Positions 24,892 to 38,161 are shown, counted from the first letter of the whole stretch. The stretch is 63,976 nucleotides of DNA, filler included, from Lama guanicoe (GCA_013239625.1; 101 parts of 101 records of this genome joined end to end with filler, not necessarily neighbours in it); one strand, 5' to 3'. Translations and numbers: made by a program. Notes: generated by a model not told the origin, from the sequence alone.

Positions 24892-25749
24892 NNNNNNNNN
24901 NNNNNNNNNNNNNNNNNNNNNNNNNNNNNNNNNNNTTAATTAATTAANNNNNNNNNNNNNNNNNNNNNNNNNNNNNNNNNNNNNNNNNNNNAGAACCTGA
25001 ACTCTTGGAGGACACCATCTGCCTGTACTGCTTTGTGCGGTACAGGCACAATAAATATGTGTTGAAGGCTTCTCAAGAACTGAGGATATTATCAGGAACT
25101 CAAGTAGTTAATTTTTCACTTTGGTGGTGGTTCTAAGCATCTGGAAGACTCAGGGAGTACACGGGAGATACTACTATCCGGGTACTTCAGAGAGGAGCTG
25201 CCAGAGAGGCTATNNNNNNNNNNNNNNNNNNNNNNNNNNNNNNNNNNNNNNNNNNNNTTAATTAATTAANNNNNNNNNNNNNNNNNNNNNNNNNNNNNNN
25301 NNNNNNNNNNNNNTTGTTCTCCTTGACAGCGAGTAAAAATGGTGTCAAATTACTCTGTAAAAGAGAAAAACAGTTGATAATGTACAAAAGTACATATAAA
25401 TTTCAAAACTGAATTTAAAAACTTAAGTCTCTGAACTTAAGCGTATACTATAAAGTAAATCACAAGCAGCCCCTTCCCCTTTGCCCCTCTGTGCTCCTTC
25501 CCTTTAACAGGCTCCTCCGTGACCTCTTCAAAAGTTTCCCTGTGAAGTCATTCTCTGAAACTCACTTAAGGCATTTGCTGGTTCCAAGAACCTTTGCTTT
25601 TATCGCAGTGTCTATCAGGCATTCTGTAGTTACCTTACTGCTCAACGACNNNNNNNNNNNNNNNNNNNNNNNNNNNNNNNNNNNNNNNNNNNNTTAATTA
25701 ATTAANNNNNNNNNNNNNNNNNNNNNNNNNNNNNNNNNNNNNNNNNNNN

Positions 25750-26132
25750 CACAGCAAAGGAAACCATAAGTAAAACAAAATGACAGCCTATGGAATGGAG
25801 AAGGTTTTTGCAAATGAAACCAACAAAGGCTTGATTTCCAGAATATATAAGCAGCTCATATGACTTAATAAGAAAAACACAATCCAATCCAAAAATGGGC
25901 CGAAGACCTAAAAAAGCAATTCTCCAAGGAAGACATACAAATGATCGATATGCACATGATAAAATGCTCAACACCACTAATTATCAGAGAAATGCAAATC
26001 AAAACTACAATGAGGTATCACCTCACACCAGTCAGAATGGCCATCATTCAAAAATCCACATGCAAATGCTGGAGAGGCTGTGTAGAAAAGGGAACCATCC
26101 TACACTGCTGGTGGGAATGCAGTTTGGTGCAG
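25750..26132 (+). mobile_element. LINE-1 ORF2 C-terminal fragment
   Basis: [42 protein letters not shown]. Confidence 0.94.
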
Positions 26133-26232
26133 NNNNNNNNNNNNNNNNNNNNNNNNNNNNNNNNNNNNNNNNNNNNTTAATTAATTAANNNNNNNNNNNN
26201 NNNNNNNNNNNNNNNNNNNNNNNNNNNNNNNN

Positions 26233-27031
26233 ATTCTGTGTTCTGCATTTCATGTTCTAAATTCTGGGTTCTATATTCTCTGTTCTGTATTATATATTCA
26301 GTGTTCTATCTCTATAATCTTAATTCTATATTCAGTGTTCTGTATTCTATATTCTAAATTCTGTGTTCTGCATTTCATGTTCTAAATTCTGGGTTCTATA
26401 TTCTCTGTTCTGTATTATATATTCAGTGTTCTATCTCTATAATCTTAATTCTATATTCAGTGTTCTGTATTCTATATTCTAAATTCTGTGTTCTGCATTC
26501 TATATTCTAAATTCTATATTCAGTATTCTGTATTGCATATTCTAAATTCTGAGTTATGCATTCCATGTTGTAAATTCTGTGTTCTATATTCTTTAATCTG
26601 TATTATATTTTGTGATTTCTACATTGTATTTTCTAAATCCTTTATTCAGTACTCTGTAATCTATATTCTAAATTCTGTGTTCTGCATTCTATATTCTAAA
26701 TTCTGTGTTCTGCATTCTATATTCTAAATTCTGTGTTCTGCATTCTATATTCTAAATTCTGTGTTCTGCATTCTATATTCTAAATTCTGTGTTCTGCATT
26801 CTATATTCTAAATTTTGTGTTATTCATTCTATATTCTACATTCTATATCCTGCATTACGTATACTATATTCTATATTCTGATTTCTACATACTATATTCT
26901 AATTTCTAAATTCAGTAACCTGTTTTCTATATTCTAAATTATGTGTGCTGCATTCCATGATCTATAGTCTGGGTTCTATATCCTGTTTTCCATATTTTAT
27001 ATTCTGTGTTCTAAATTCTATATTCTTTATA
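26233..27031 (+). repeat. Satellite A with five perfect 28-bp units (26661-26800) and a 125-bp duplication
   Basis: (ctatattctaaattctgtgttctgcatt)5. Confidence 0.93.
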
Positions 27032-27131
27032 NNNNNNNNNNNNNNNNNNNNNNNNNNNNNNNNNNNNNNNNNNNNTTAATTAATTAANNNNNNNNNNNNN
27101 NNNNNNNNNNNNNNNNNNNNNNNNNNNNNNN

Positions 27132-27572
27132 AGGAAAAAAACCAGGGGAGTCGAGCTTAGGCATTTCGTTAGAACCCACGCACTGTCGACCGGTGGTGGA
27201 ACCTCCCCACGCTCAGGATTCCGGAACCATTGTCAGTGCGTGGGGAGCTAGAGACACATCCACGCAGCAGTCTTCAGTCACAGGTGTTCCCTGTTAGGGG
27301 GAATTCTGAGAAATAGTTTCCCTGACCTTGGGGAGGCAGCCTCTGTCACTGGGATTGCCTGAAAACCCCCCTAGCATTCCCTGGCACAGAGACATTAGGA
27401 AAAAAACCAGGGGAGTCGAGCTTAGGCATTTCGTTAGAACCCACGCACTGTCGACCGGTGGTGGAACCTCCCCACGCTAAGGATTCCGGAACCATTGTCA
27501 GTGCGTGGGGAGCTAGAGACACATCCACGCAGCAGTCTTCAGTCACAGGTGTTCCCTGTTAGGGGGAATTCT
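27132..27572 (+). repeat. Satellite B variant, 265-bp period
   Basis: gtcgagcttag at 27150 and 27415. Confidence 0.95.
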
Positions 27573-28918
27573 NNNNNNNNNNNNNNNNNNNNNNNNNNNN
27601 NNNNNNNNNNNNNNNNTTAATTAATTAANNNNNNNNNNNNNNNNNNNNNNNNNNNNNNNNNNNNNNNNNNNNCAAAGATAGCTCCAGCTGTAAGAATCAT
27701 GAAGAGAAACACAAACATACTATTTTCGTAGAACAGTTTTTATCTTTTGGGTTTAACTTCCTCCAGTTTTAAAGCTTGGATATCTGTTTTTTAGGTGGCT
27801 AATATCGTATGCTTTTTTACCCATCAATATTGGAAATAGAGTGTTTCCAACATACCTGGTCATTAGCCTACTTGGTGGTGGGTAGATGATTTATGCTTTG
27901 AGGAAAAGGAGATTTGTTGAGAATTTCTCAAAATAAGTCTACACAAAAATATTTATGAGATTTATGTTAGAAAATAATAATTTTGGAATACCAAATTATA
28001 CTACAATGTCTTGTATTACTAATTCTGCATATCCCCAGGCAAGGAAGTTATCCATGTATATCTTAAATATATATAAAATCCTGTGCCAGTAAACTACCTG
28101 GAGGGTCTGTTTCCTGAGGCTAATTCTGGTACCAACTACGGTTTCAGACAGGATCCAAGCAGGTTCAGTGATGGAAGAGACGGAATACTTGGCAGAGATG
28201 TAGGTAAGGTGATGAGAACAGCAAAAGTTACCATGTCTAGGACTGAAGAAGCAANNNNNNNNNNNNNNNNNNNNNNNNNNNNNNNNNNNNNNNNNNNNTT
28301 AATTAATTAANNNNNNNNNNNNNNNNNNNNNNNNNNNNNNNNNNNNNNNNNNNNACCATAATTTTGGGTGCAGGGGCCTCGGTTCAGCATGGGCCCCTGG
28401 GCCGTCTGACCTCTCCGTTCAGCACCAGAGCCAGATGTGGGCTCGGCTGTTTCCCTGCCCCGAATATCCGGCAGGCCTCAAGACACACCTGGCCCTGTGC
28501 TTCTTGAGCAAAAACTCCGGAGGAGAGGCAGTAACAAAAGGGATAAACATAAAAAGAGACGACAGCAAACTGTAATCAGCTCTGAGAAGGGAAGGAACAG
28601 GTCTCGCCGTTCAGCGCTGGCAGCATTCCCGAAGGGGCTGCTCTGGGGGCCTTCATCTCAGCTAAATACACTCTGCTGCTGCACCAAGGCAAGAAGGTAG
28701 GGCGCGAGTGGCCAGGTAGACTGGGCCTCATTGATTGTAAACATTCCCCATTAAGCGGCAGTTGTCACTGGCACTTACCTAGTAAACAGATGTCGACCAT
28801 AATCATCACTCACTTTGCNNNNNNNNNNNNNNNNNNNNNNNNNNNNNNNNNNNNNNNNNNNNTTAATTAATTAANNNNNNNNNNNNNNNNNNNNNNNNNN
28901 NNNNNNNNNNNNNNNNNN

Positions 28919-29614
28919 TCCACCAACGGTCGGCAGCGAGTGGGATCTAACGGAATGCCTAAGCTCGACTCCCCTGGTTGTTTTCCTAATGTCTCAGTGC
29001 CAGGGAATGCTAGGGGGTTTTGCAGGCAAACCCAGTGACAGAGGCTGCCTCCCCAAGTTCATTGAAGGTATTTCTCAGACTTCCCCGTTCAGGGAACACC
29101 TGTGACTGAAGAGAGCTTTGTGTTGTCTCTGGAGCTCCCCCACGTATTGACAATGTTTCCGGACTCCTGAGCGTGGGGAGGTTCCACCAACTGTCGACAG
29201 CGCGTGGGTTCTAACGGAATGCCTAAGCTCGACTCCCCTGCGTTTTTTCCTAATGTCTCTGTGCCAGGGAATGCTAGGGGTGTTTGCAGGCAATCCCAGT
29301 GACAGAGGCTGCCTCCCCAAGGTCATTGAAGGTATTTCTCAGACTTCCCCGTTCAGGGAACACCTGTGACTGAAGAGAGCTTTGTGTTGTCTCTGGAGCT
29401 CCCCCACGTATTGACAATGTTTCCGGACTCCTGAGCGTGGGGAGGTTCCACCAACGATCGGCAGCGCGTGGGTTCTAACGGAATGCCTATGCTCGACTGC
29501 CCTGGGATTTTTCCTAATGTCTCTGTGCCAGGGAATGCTAGGGGGGTTTGCAAGGAATCCCAGTGACAGAGGGTGCCTCCCCAAGGTCAGGGAAGTTATT
29601 TCTCAGAATTCCCC
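28919..29614 (-). repeat. Satellite B variant
   Basis: About 2.6 reverse-complement monomers. Confidence 0.95.
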
Positions 29615-29714
29615 NNNNNNNNNNNNNNNNNNNNNNNNNNNNNNNNNNNNNNNNNNNNTTAATTAATTAANNNNNNNNNNNNNNNNNNNNNNNNNNNNNN
29701 NNNNNNNNNNNNNN

Positions 29715-30489
29715 ATCTTCCAAATGACAGCAGTGCCTGGGTTCCAATAAAACCAATTAGCTTATATTCCCTGTGTGTTTCCCTACGCCGGACTGTGAGG
29801 GAAAGCTGGGGGTTGGGATTGGAGGCCAAGTAGCATCGAGTGCCTCCAATGGACTGAGGAAATATTTTGAGGAATTCTCCCTAACGTGGAACACCTGTGC
29901 CCCCATTCTTCTGCGTCGGGTGGGTCTCCACACATCCCCCACACTAAAGGCTGGATTCCGGATCCTGAGTGTGGGGAAGATTCTCCAACTTAAAACAGCG
30001 ACTAGGTTCTAATACAATCCCCAAGTTTGCCTTCCCTGATGACTTGTCCATGCCAGAGTGCGGGGGAATGTGGGGTTCAGCCTCGACAAACAAGTACAAT
30101 CGAGTGCCTCTCCACGGGATGTGGAGGTCTTTAAACTGCAATCCACAGCCTTTGAATACCTGTGCCCCTTGCAAGATGTGTAATTTGTTTCCCAACTCCA
30201 GCACGCACACGAAGAACTCTTCGGCTATCCTAAGTGTGGGGAGGCTCCTCAGACTGACGGCCGCACCTGGGATCCAATAGAATCACTTGGCTTGACTTCC
30301 CTGAGTGTTTCCACAGGCCGGACTGTGAGCTAAGGTGTGGTTGGGCACTAAACCAAAGTAATAGCGAGTGCCTCTCTATGAGCAGTGGAAGTGTTTAAAT
30401 ACATCCCCAATCTGGAAACACCTGTGATCCAATAAATAAACGTGGACACTGTTTCCCTCCTCCAGCACACACACGGCATTGGGTTCAGA
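29715..30489 (-). repeat. Satellite D, highly diverged monomers (about 265 bp)
   Basis: tgggga(a/g)g motif at 29972 and 30237; recurring ggaacacctgtgcccc and cacctggg motifs. Confidence 0.8.
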
Positions 30490-30589
30490 NNNNNNNNNNN
30501 NNNNNNNNNNNNNNNNNNNNNNNNNNNNNNNNNTTAATTAATTAANNNNNNNNNNNNNNNNNNNNNNNNNNNNNNNNNNNNNNNNNNNN

Positions 30590-30640
30590 TATATATATAT
30601 ATATAAATATATAAATATAAATATAAATATATATATATAT
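30590..30640. repeat. (TA)n-rich microsatellite
   Basis: TA/TAAA run. Confidence 0.85.
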
Positions 30641-31193
30641 ACATAACACAAAAGGAAGCAGTAATGGGGGAATAGAGGAATACAAAATACATAAGATATA
30701 TGGAAAATAAATGGCAGAATGGACACTGAACCTAACTAACTGTAAATTGTTTCTTAAACACCCATTTTGTTTTTATTAAGTTTCAGAGAAAGGAGGAATT
30801 TGCATGGCCTTCTTATTAAAAAAAAAAGTAGCTTCTTTCCATTAATAAGCCTGTTAATTATTAACAGGCTTTTACCAATTTATTTTCTTATCTTTAAAAA
30901 AGGAATAAAAAAACCTCCCCTCACTATTGCTATTCATGTTTTGTCAGTATCAATAAAATATTTTCTATGTTTTTAGCATTTAAAAAAGGACCCTCAGGCC
31001 TTTTTGTCTACAAACTGAATGTTCCCATCTCACTTGTCCTCTTATCTTAATAGAAGAAATATCACTAATTATCTTGAGAAGTTGTGTTTGGATNNNNNNN
31101 NNNNNNNNNNNNNNNNNNNNNNNNNNNNNNNNNNNNNTTAATTAATTAANNNNNNNNNNNNNNNNNNNNNNNNNNNNNNNNNNNNNNNNNNNN

Positions 31194-32044
31194 ATATAGA
31201 ATACAGAATGTGGAATAAATAATTTAGAATATTGAATGTAGAGCACAGAATATAGAATATAGAATAGAGAATGCAAAATATAGATTGTATAATATAGAAT
31301 GAATAACGCAAAATATAGACTATAGAATAGAGAATATATGAGCCAGAATTTTGAACATGGAATGCAGAACACAGAATTTCAAATATGAATACTGAATACT
31401 GAATGTAGGATATTGAATATAGAATGCAGAACACAGAATATATAATAGAGTATACAGAACCCAAAATTTAAAACATAGAATCCAGAACACAGAAATTAAA
31501 ATATAGAATACAGAATACTGAAAATAGAATTTAGAATATAGAATGTAGAACACAGAATACAGAATATAGAATAGAAATTTTAGAACGTGGAATTCAGAAC
31601 ACAGAATTTAGAATATGCGATACAGAATACTGAATATAGAATATGAATATAAAATGTAGAACACAGAATTTAGAATACAGGATACAGAATAGTAAATATA
31701 GAATTTAGAATATAGAATGCAGAACACAGAATTTAGAATACAGGATACAGAATAGTAAATATAGAATTTAGAATATAGAATGCAGAACACAGAATTTAGA
31801 ATACAGGATACAGAATAGTAAATATAGAATTTAGAATATAGAATGCAGAACACAGAATTTAGAATACAGGATACAGAATAGTAAATATAGAATTTAGAAT
31901 ATAGAATGTAGAACACAGAATTTAAAATATACACCACAGAATACTGAATATAGGATTTAGAAAATTGAAAGAAGACCACAGAGTATAGAATACAAAATAG
32001 AGAATATAGAATCAAAAATTTAACATGGAATACAGAACACAGAA
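31194..32044 (-). repeat. Satellite A with four 63-bp higher-order units
   Basis: gatac marker at 31681, 31744, 31807, 31870 (63 = 9x7). Confidence 0.93.
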
Positions 32045-32235
32045 NNNNNNNNNNNNNNNNNNNNNNNNNNNNNNNNNNNNNNNNNNNNTTAATTAATTAA
32101 NNNNNNNNNNNNNNNNNNNNNNNNNNNNNNNNNNNNNNNNNNNNCTCTTTATTTTTTTAAAGTATTTAATCCAAATTTAATATCAAGTTTTTTGTGAAAG
32201 AAATTTCTCTTTTTCTTTTCTTTGGGGCCCTTTTT

Positions 32236-32335
32236 CGGGGGTAGGTAATTAGGTGTATTTATCTGTTAGTGGAGGCCCTGGGGCTTAAACCCAGGACCCC
32301 GTACACGGTAAGCACATGCTCTACCACCCGCCCCA
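32236..32335 (-). mobile_element. tRNA-Ala-derived SINE (diverged)
   Basis: gtggaggccctggggcttaaacccaggacccc..gtaagcacatgctctaccac is the reverse complement of the SINE. Confidence 0.7.
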
Positions 32336-32842
32336 TCATCTTTTTCTTTTTGCTTTAGCTGCCAAGAATCTTACAGCTGAATTTCTAGTCGGCCTTTAAC
32401 ACTTGCCCTGACTTCATGGAATCCATTTTTATGACTTTATCTCCCCCTGGTTTCATTTAAATATTGAATCTGCATTTTCTCTTCACTCTCAGTTTTACCT
32501 TTTTGTTGTTATGGTTGTTAAGCTGTGTTTAAAATAATTGTTTAAATTCTCTTTTAACAAGGGGCTAAATGTAAATCAATATGTAAACAAACAGCACACT
32601 TAAATGCTTTTATACATTCTAAGCTGTTTAATAGTTACTTAAAAACCGAATTGAATATTAAGGTGATAACATTTTTAAATTAGTTTTTAATTATTTCTAA
32701 AGATATAGCTGATTTAAAATATGATATATGTTTCAGGTGTACNNNNNNNNNNNNNNNNNNNNNNNNNNNNNNNNNNNNNNNNNNNNTTAATTAATTAANN
32801 NNNNNNNNNNNNNNNNNNNNNNNNNNNNNNNNNNNNNNNNNN

Positions 32843-33330
32843 TCTGAGGGTGGGGAGGTTCCTCCAACAGACAGCAGCACCTGGGTTGTAAGAGAAACCC
32901 TTAGCTTGACTTCCCTAAGTGTTTTCCAAGTCCTAGCAGTAAGCGATGGTGGGGGATGGGCTCTAAAGCCAAGTATTAGCGAGTGCTTCTCTCTGGGTAG
33001 TGGAGGGTTTAAAACTACTTCCCTAACCTTGGAACACCTGTGCCCCATATAGATGCGTGGAATCTGTTTCCCCACCTCCAGCACACACACGGAGACGTGC
33101 TCAGGTATCCTGATTGTGGGGAGGCTCCTCCAAATGACAGCAGCGCCTGGGTTCTAAAAGAATCCCTTAGCTTGTCTTCCCTGATGGCATTCCTAGGCTG
33201 GAGAGTGGGGGAAAGTGGGGGTTGGGCTCTAAACCAAGTGTTAGCGAGAGCCTATCCATGGGATGTGGGTTTGTAACCTAGAATCCACAACCATGGAATA
33301 AATGTGCCCCCTGAAAGATGCTTTGACTGT
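32843..33330 (-). repeat. Satellite D, 266-bp period
   Basis: tggggagg(t/c)tcctcc at 32851 and 33117. Confidence 0.87.
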
Positions 33331-33506
33331 NNNNNNNNNNNNNNNNNNNNNNNNNNNNNNNNNNNNNNNNNNNNTTAATTAATTAANNNNNNNNNNNNNN
33401 NNNNNNNNNNNNNNNNNNNNNNNNNNNNNNGAATAAACAATCTAGGATTATCTTTTTCCCCAAAAAAAATCTACAGCTATGTCTGTCTGGCAACTAGCTT
33501 GTTTGC

Positions 33507-33569
33507 CATCTATCTATCTATCTATCTATCTATCAATCTATCCATTCAATCCATCCATCTATCCATCTA
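33507..33569. repeat. (TCTA)n/(TCCA)n microsatellite
   Basis: Tetranucleotide run. Confidence 0.85.
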
Positions 33570-33820
33570 AAGAGAGAAAGAGAAAAGGTAAATGGTGAAA
33601 TTGAGACCACTTGATTAGGGAGAACTTTATTTGTTAAGCCACTAATTATACTGAAATATGTTCAAATTGGATATCAAGGGATCTTCAATTTGTAAGCCAA
33701 GAAAAACTGAAAGAAAAAAANNNNNNNNNNNNNNNNNNNNNNNNNNNNNNNNNNNNNNNNNNNNTTAATTAATTAANNNNNNNNNNNNNNNNNNNNNNNN
33801 NNNNNNNNNNNNNNNNNNNN

Positions 33821-34219
33821 CTGCAGATTGCCTTGGGCAGTGTGACCATTTTAACAATATTGATTCTTCTGATCCAAGAACATGGGATATCTTTCCATTT
33901 TTTTAAGTCTTCTTTAATTTCCTTCATCAGTGGTTTATAGTTTTCTGTGTATAATTCTTTCACCTCCTTGTTTAGATTTATTTCCAGGTATTTTATTACT
34001 TTGGGTGCTATTTTAAAGGGGATTGTTTCTTTATTTTCTTGTTCTATTGATTCATCATTAGTGTAAAGAAATGCCACTGATTTTTGAACATTAATCTTGT
34101 AACCTGCTACCTTGCTGAATTCTTTGATCAGCTCTAGTAGTTTTTGTGTGCACCTTTTAGGGTTTTCTAAATATAGTAACATGTCATCGGCATATAGTGA
34201 CACTTTTACCTCTTCTTTT
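33821..34219 (-). mobile_element. LINE-1 ORF2 reverse-transcriptase fragment, uninterrupted frame
   Basis: [57 protein letters not shown] includes the RT YADD motif. Confidence 0.96.
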
Positions 34220-34788
34220 NNNNNNNNNNNNNNNNNNNNNNNNNNNNNNNNNNNNNNNNNNNNTTAATTAATTAANNNNNNNNNNNNNNNNNNNNNNNNN
34301 NNNNNNNNNNNNNNNNNNNACACATTGGGTTTTATTTGGGATTCTCAAATAGTTCCAGCATTAAAGTTTAAGAACAAATTATTCCATTCTTCCACACTTT
34401 CTCTGAGCATCTGGGGATACATTTTCTCATTAAATCTTTGTAATACTCTTATGAGTATTAATAACTCACTGCCTAAGAAGACAGTAAGATCCCAGTTTTA
34501 TAAAGGAAGACTTTGAGCTGAAGAGAAGCAACTTTTCCAGGAACAAATAGCTGTTGGTTATAGAGCTGGGACTTCTGAATTCGAGACACTTTCCATATGT
34601 CAGGCTCGCTCTAGATAACTTACTGAGCTGTACTGCCCTCAGTTCATGACTACTTCACATTACTTTTTTTNNNNNNNNNNNNNNNNNNNNNNNNNNNNNN
34701 NNNNNNNNNNNNNNTTAATTAATTAANNNNNNNNNNNNNNNNNNNNNNNNNNNNNNNNNNNNNNNNNNNNCCCTCCTTCCTCCTTCAG

Positions 34789-35008
34789 CACAAGCCCCCT
34801 CCCCTGATTTGCCGCCCCGAAGCCCCGGGGACCTTCCTGAGGCACGGCCCCACAGCGATCGGGGAGTTTGCTGGGAGGCTGCGTGCCATTCACACTCTCA
34901 GGCTTCTTCTGTGGTTGGACCTGGAAGCCATCGCCCAGTGGACGAGCAAGCGGCCATCGAGACTCCGGCCACAGAGCAACCAGTGTGGAAGGAGAACAGA
35001 CGCCCAAG
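34789..35008 (+). CDS. Candidate internal exon of an unidentified gene (Pro/Ser-rich, probably disordered)
   Basis: Polypyrimidine acceptor ccttcctccttcag|, donor CAAG|gtgaga, open frame QAPSPDLPPRSPGDLPEARPH...EQPVWKENRRPR, CpG retained. Confidence 0.4.
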
Positions 35009-35363
35009 GTGAGAATCTGGGCCCTTCACACAGAGGCTACTTTGTCACCTCAGCTGACCCAGCTGGGTATGTACTTGTGTGTGGCTTTTGGTGGCCAGGG
35101 TTAGAAATGTCCAAGTTTATTTTTGCATGTGGACTTCCGGACCGTCTGTACGTTTGAAGGAGAAGCATTTAAAATAAATTTCAGTTAACTCCCTGGGCAA
35201 CACAAACAATTGAAACTTGGTTTCATTTTCCTGTCGCTCTTTTTAAACAAAGAGGAAATGAGCAGCTGGGGTAGAAATTCACTCAATTTCATAACAGGTG
35301 CCTTGTGGCTGGACTTTGACACTATTTTTTTCAGTATTTATTCAAGAAAGTTACGTGTCAGGT

Positions 35364-35461
35364 GGGCAGAGGGTATAGCTCAGTGGTAGAGCATGGGCTT
35401 AGCATGCATGAGGTCCTAGGTTCAATCCCCAGTACCTCCATTTTAAAATAAAATAAAATAA
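35364..35461 (+). mobile_element. tRNA-Ala(AGC)-derived SINE (camelid vic-1-like)
   Basis: gggtatagctcagtggtagagcatgggcttagcatgcatgaggtcctaggttcaatccccagtacctcca with A/B boxes and a (TAAAA)n tail. Confidence 0.88.
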
Positions 35462-35561
35462 NNNNNNNNNNNNNNNNNNNNNNNNNNNNNNNNNNNNNNN
35501 NNNNNTTAATTAATTAANNNNNNNNNNNNNNNNNNNNNNNNNNNNNNNNNNNNNNNNNNNN

Positions 35562-35805
35562 GTGGAGTTTGGAACTGAAAAGAAACTTTGTATTCCCTTC
35601 AAGCTAGGTGGAGGAGGGTTTCACACACACTTATCTCTCAGAACTGATCATGTGGAGAGACGTTCATTCATCCAGCACAAAGGGAACGGATTGCTGGAGA
35701 AACACTTACTCTGGTTATTCAGTGTGTTTCCTAGTGCCCGGTTTGAAGTTCCTGCAGTTTTCACTGTTAAACCGATTTGGAGCTTGTACCTCCCCATATA
35801 TATGT
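35562..35805 (+). repeat. Satellite C
   Basis: One monomer. Confidence 0.93.
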
Positions 35806-35905
35806 NNNNNNNNNNNNNNNNNNNNNNNNNNNNNNNNNNNNNNNNNNNNTTAATTAATTAANNNNNNNNNNNNNNNNNNNNNNNNNNNNNNNNNNNNNNN
35901 NNNNN

Positions 35906-36388
35906 AAATTCTATATTCAATATTCTGTATTCTATATTCTATATTCTGTGTTGTACATTGTATATTCTGTATTCTATATTCTGCATTTCATATTCTATAT
36001 TATATATTCTGTGTTCTACATTGTATATTCTAAATACTATATTCAGTATTCTGTATTCTATATTCTAAATTCTGTGTTGTGCATTCCATTTTCTAAATTT
36101 TGTGTTCTATATTCTGTATTCTATATTCTGAATTCGGTATTCTATATTCCATATTCTGTGTTCTACATTGTATATTCTAAATACTATATTCAGTATTCTG
36201 TATTCTATATTCTAAATTCTGTGTTGTGCATTCCATTTTCTAAATTTTGTGTTCTATATTCTGTATTCTATATTCTGAATTCGGTATTCTATATTCCATA
36301 TTCTGTGTTCTACATTGTATATTCTAAATACTATATTTAGTATTCTGTATTCTAAATTCTGTGTTCTACATTCTATATTCTATATTCT
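35906..36388 (+). repeat. Satellite A with 147-bp higher-order repeat
   Basis: tactat marker at 36035, 36182, 36329 (147 = 21x7). Confidence 0.93.
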
Positions 36389-36488
36389 NNNNNNNNNNNN
36401 NNNNNNNNNNNNNNNNNNNNNNNNNNNNNNNNTTAATTAATTAANNNNNNNNNNNNNNNNNNNNNNNNNNNNNNNNNNNNNNNNNNNN

Positions 36489-37240
36489 CCTGGGACTGCA
36501 CAATCCTGGGCCTGCCCTGGCCTGGGCCTGCACCCTCGTCTATCTGCACAAAGCTAGGACTCCACAGCCCTGAGCCTGTACACTCCTGGACCTGCACACT
36601 TCTGTCTCTGCACCCTCTGGTGTCTGCACACTCCTGGACATGCACACTCCTGGGCCTGTACACCACTAGACCTGCCCTATCCTGGCCCTGGACACTCTTC
36701 TGTCTGCACACTCCTGGGGCTGCACACTCCTGGGCCTGTACACCACTAGACCTGCCCTATCCTGGCCCTGGACACTCTTCTGTCTGCACACTCCTGGGGC
36801 TGCACACTCCTGGGCCTGTACACCACTAGACCTGCCCTATCCTGGCCCTGGACACTCTTCTGTCTGCACACTCCTGGGGCTGCACACTCCTGGGCCTGTA
36901 CACCACTAGACCTGCCCTATCCTGGCCCTGGACACTCTTCTGTCTGCACACTCCTGGGGCTGCACACTCCTGGGCCTGTACACCACTAGACCTGCCCTAT
37001 CCTGGCCCTGGACACTCTTCTGTCTGCACACTCCTGGGGCTGCACACTCCTGGGCCTGTTCCGTCTCGTGTCTTCACACCTCTCGGCCTGCGCAATCCAG
37101 GACCTGCACACACCAGGGCCTGCACGAACCTGGGCCTATTCACTCCTGGGCCTGTCCTCTCCTTGGCCGGCACGAACCTGGGCCTGCACAATAATGGGGC
37201 TGCACACACCTAGGAATGCACCCTCCTGGGCCTACACACT
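36489..37240 (+). repeat. GC-rich 16-bp minisatellite (ctgcacactcctgggc) with five near-perfect 80-bp higher-order units
   Basis: caccactaga at 36661, 36741, 36821, 36901, 36981; flanks are diverged 16-mers. Confidence 0.93.
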
Positions 37241-37340
37241 NNNNNNNNNNNNNNNNNNNNNNNNNNNNNNNNNNNNNNNNNNNNTTAATTAATTAANNNN
37301 NNNNNNNNNNNNNNNNNNNNNNNNNNNNNNNNNNNNNNNN

Positions 37341-37770
37341 ATTTGCAGCAACATGGATGCTCCTGGAGAATGTCATTTTAAGTGAAGTATGCCAAAAAGA
37401 GAAAGAAAATTACCATATGAGATCACTCATATGTGGAATCTAAAAAACAAAAACAAACAAACAAACAAAAACAAAGAATAAATACAAGACAGAAATAGAC
37501 TCATGGATAGAGAATACAGACTTGTGGGTACAAGGGGGGTAGAGGGTGGGAAGGGATAGACTGGGATTTCAAAATTGTAGAATAGATAAACAAGATTACA
37601 CTGTATAGCACAGGGAAATATACACAAAATGTTATGATAAATCACAGAGAAAAAAATGTGACAATGAGTGTGTATATGTCCATGAATGACTGAAAAATTG
37701 TGCTGAACACTGGAAGTTGACACAACACTGTTAAATGATTATAAATCAATAAAAAATGTTAAACAAAAAA
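37341..37770 (+). mobile_element. LINE-1 3' end with A-rich tail
   Basis: atttgcagcaacatggatg..taagtgaagta..atcactcatatgtggaatct..tagcacagggaaatata..aataaaaaatgttaaacaaaaaa. Confidence 0.92.
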
Positions 37771-38086
37771 GAAGGGCATGAAGAGGGGCAAGTCATGAGA
37801 ACAGACAACTGATTCAGTTCTGGCTGGGTGCCTGTGGGCTCCAGGAGAGATGTGCAGTAGGCAAATAAGAGTCTAGAAATCGGGAGAAAGTTCTAGGCCG
37901 AGCCAGGTAGTTTTCCTGTTTCAAGAGGCTAATGGGTGTGACTGGACAAGCTCACAAGAGGTGTAAAGGGATAGCTCTCACCCTCCTGCATATGGGATGC
38001 ATTTGGGAGCCTTTAAAAAATAGTGCTCCACAGCCTGGAGTGGGGCCTTTGTACTGTTTATTGTTTTTTAAACAATGTTTTCCTAT

Positions 38087-38161
38087 TGGGGGGGGATTGT
38101 TAGATTTATTTATTTTAATGGAGGTACTGGGGATTGAACCCAGGACCTCTTTCATGCTAAG
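38087..38161 (-). mobile_element. tRNA-Ala-derived SINE, 3' part
   Basis: tttatttattttaatggaggtactggggattgaacccaggacctctttcatgctaag. Confidence 0.85.

Noticed and set aside
27164..27180. CENP-B box in satellite B (tttcgttagaacccacg)
   Set aside because: Matches only the TTCG....A half; the essential CGGG is missing and most monomers read ttccg
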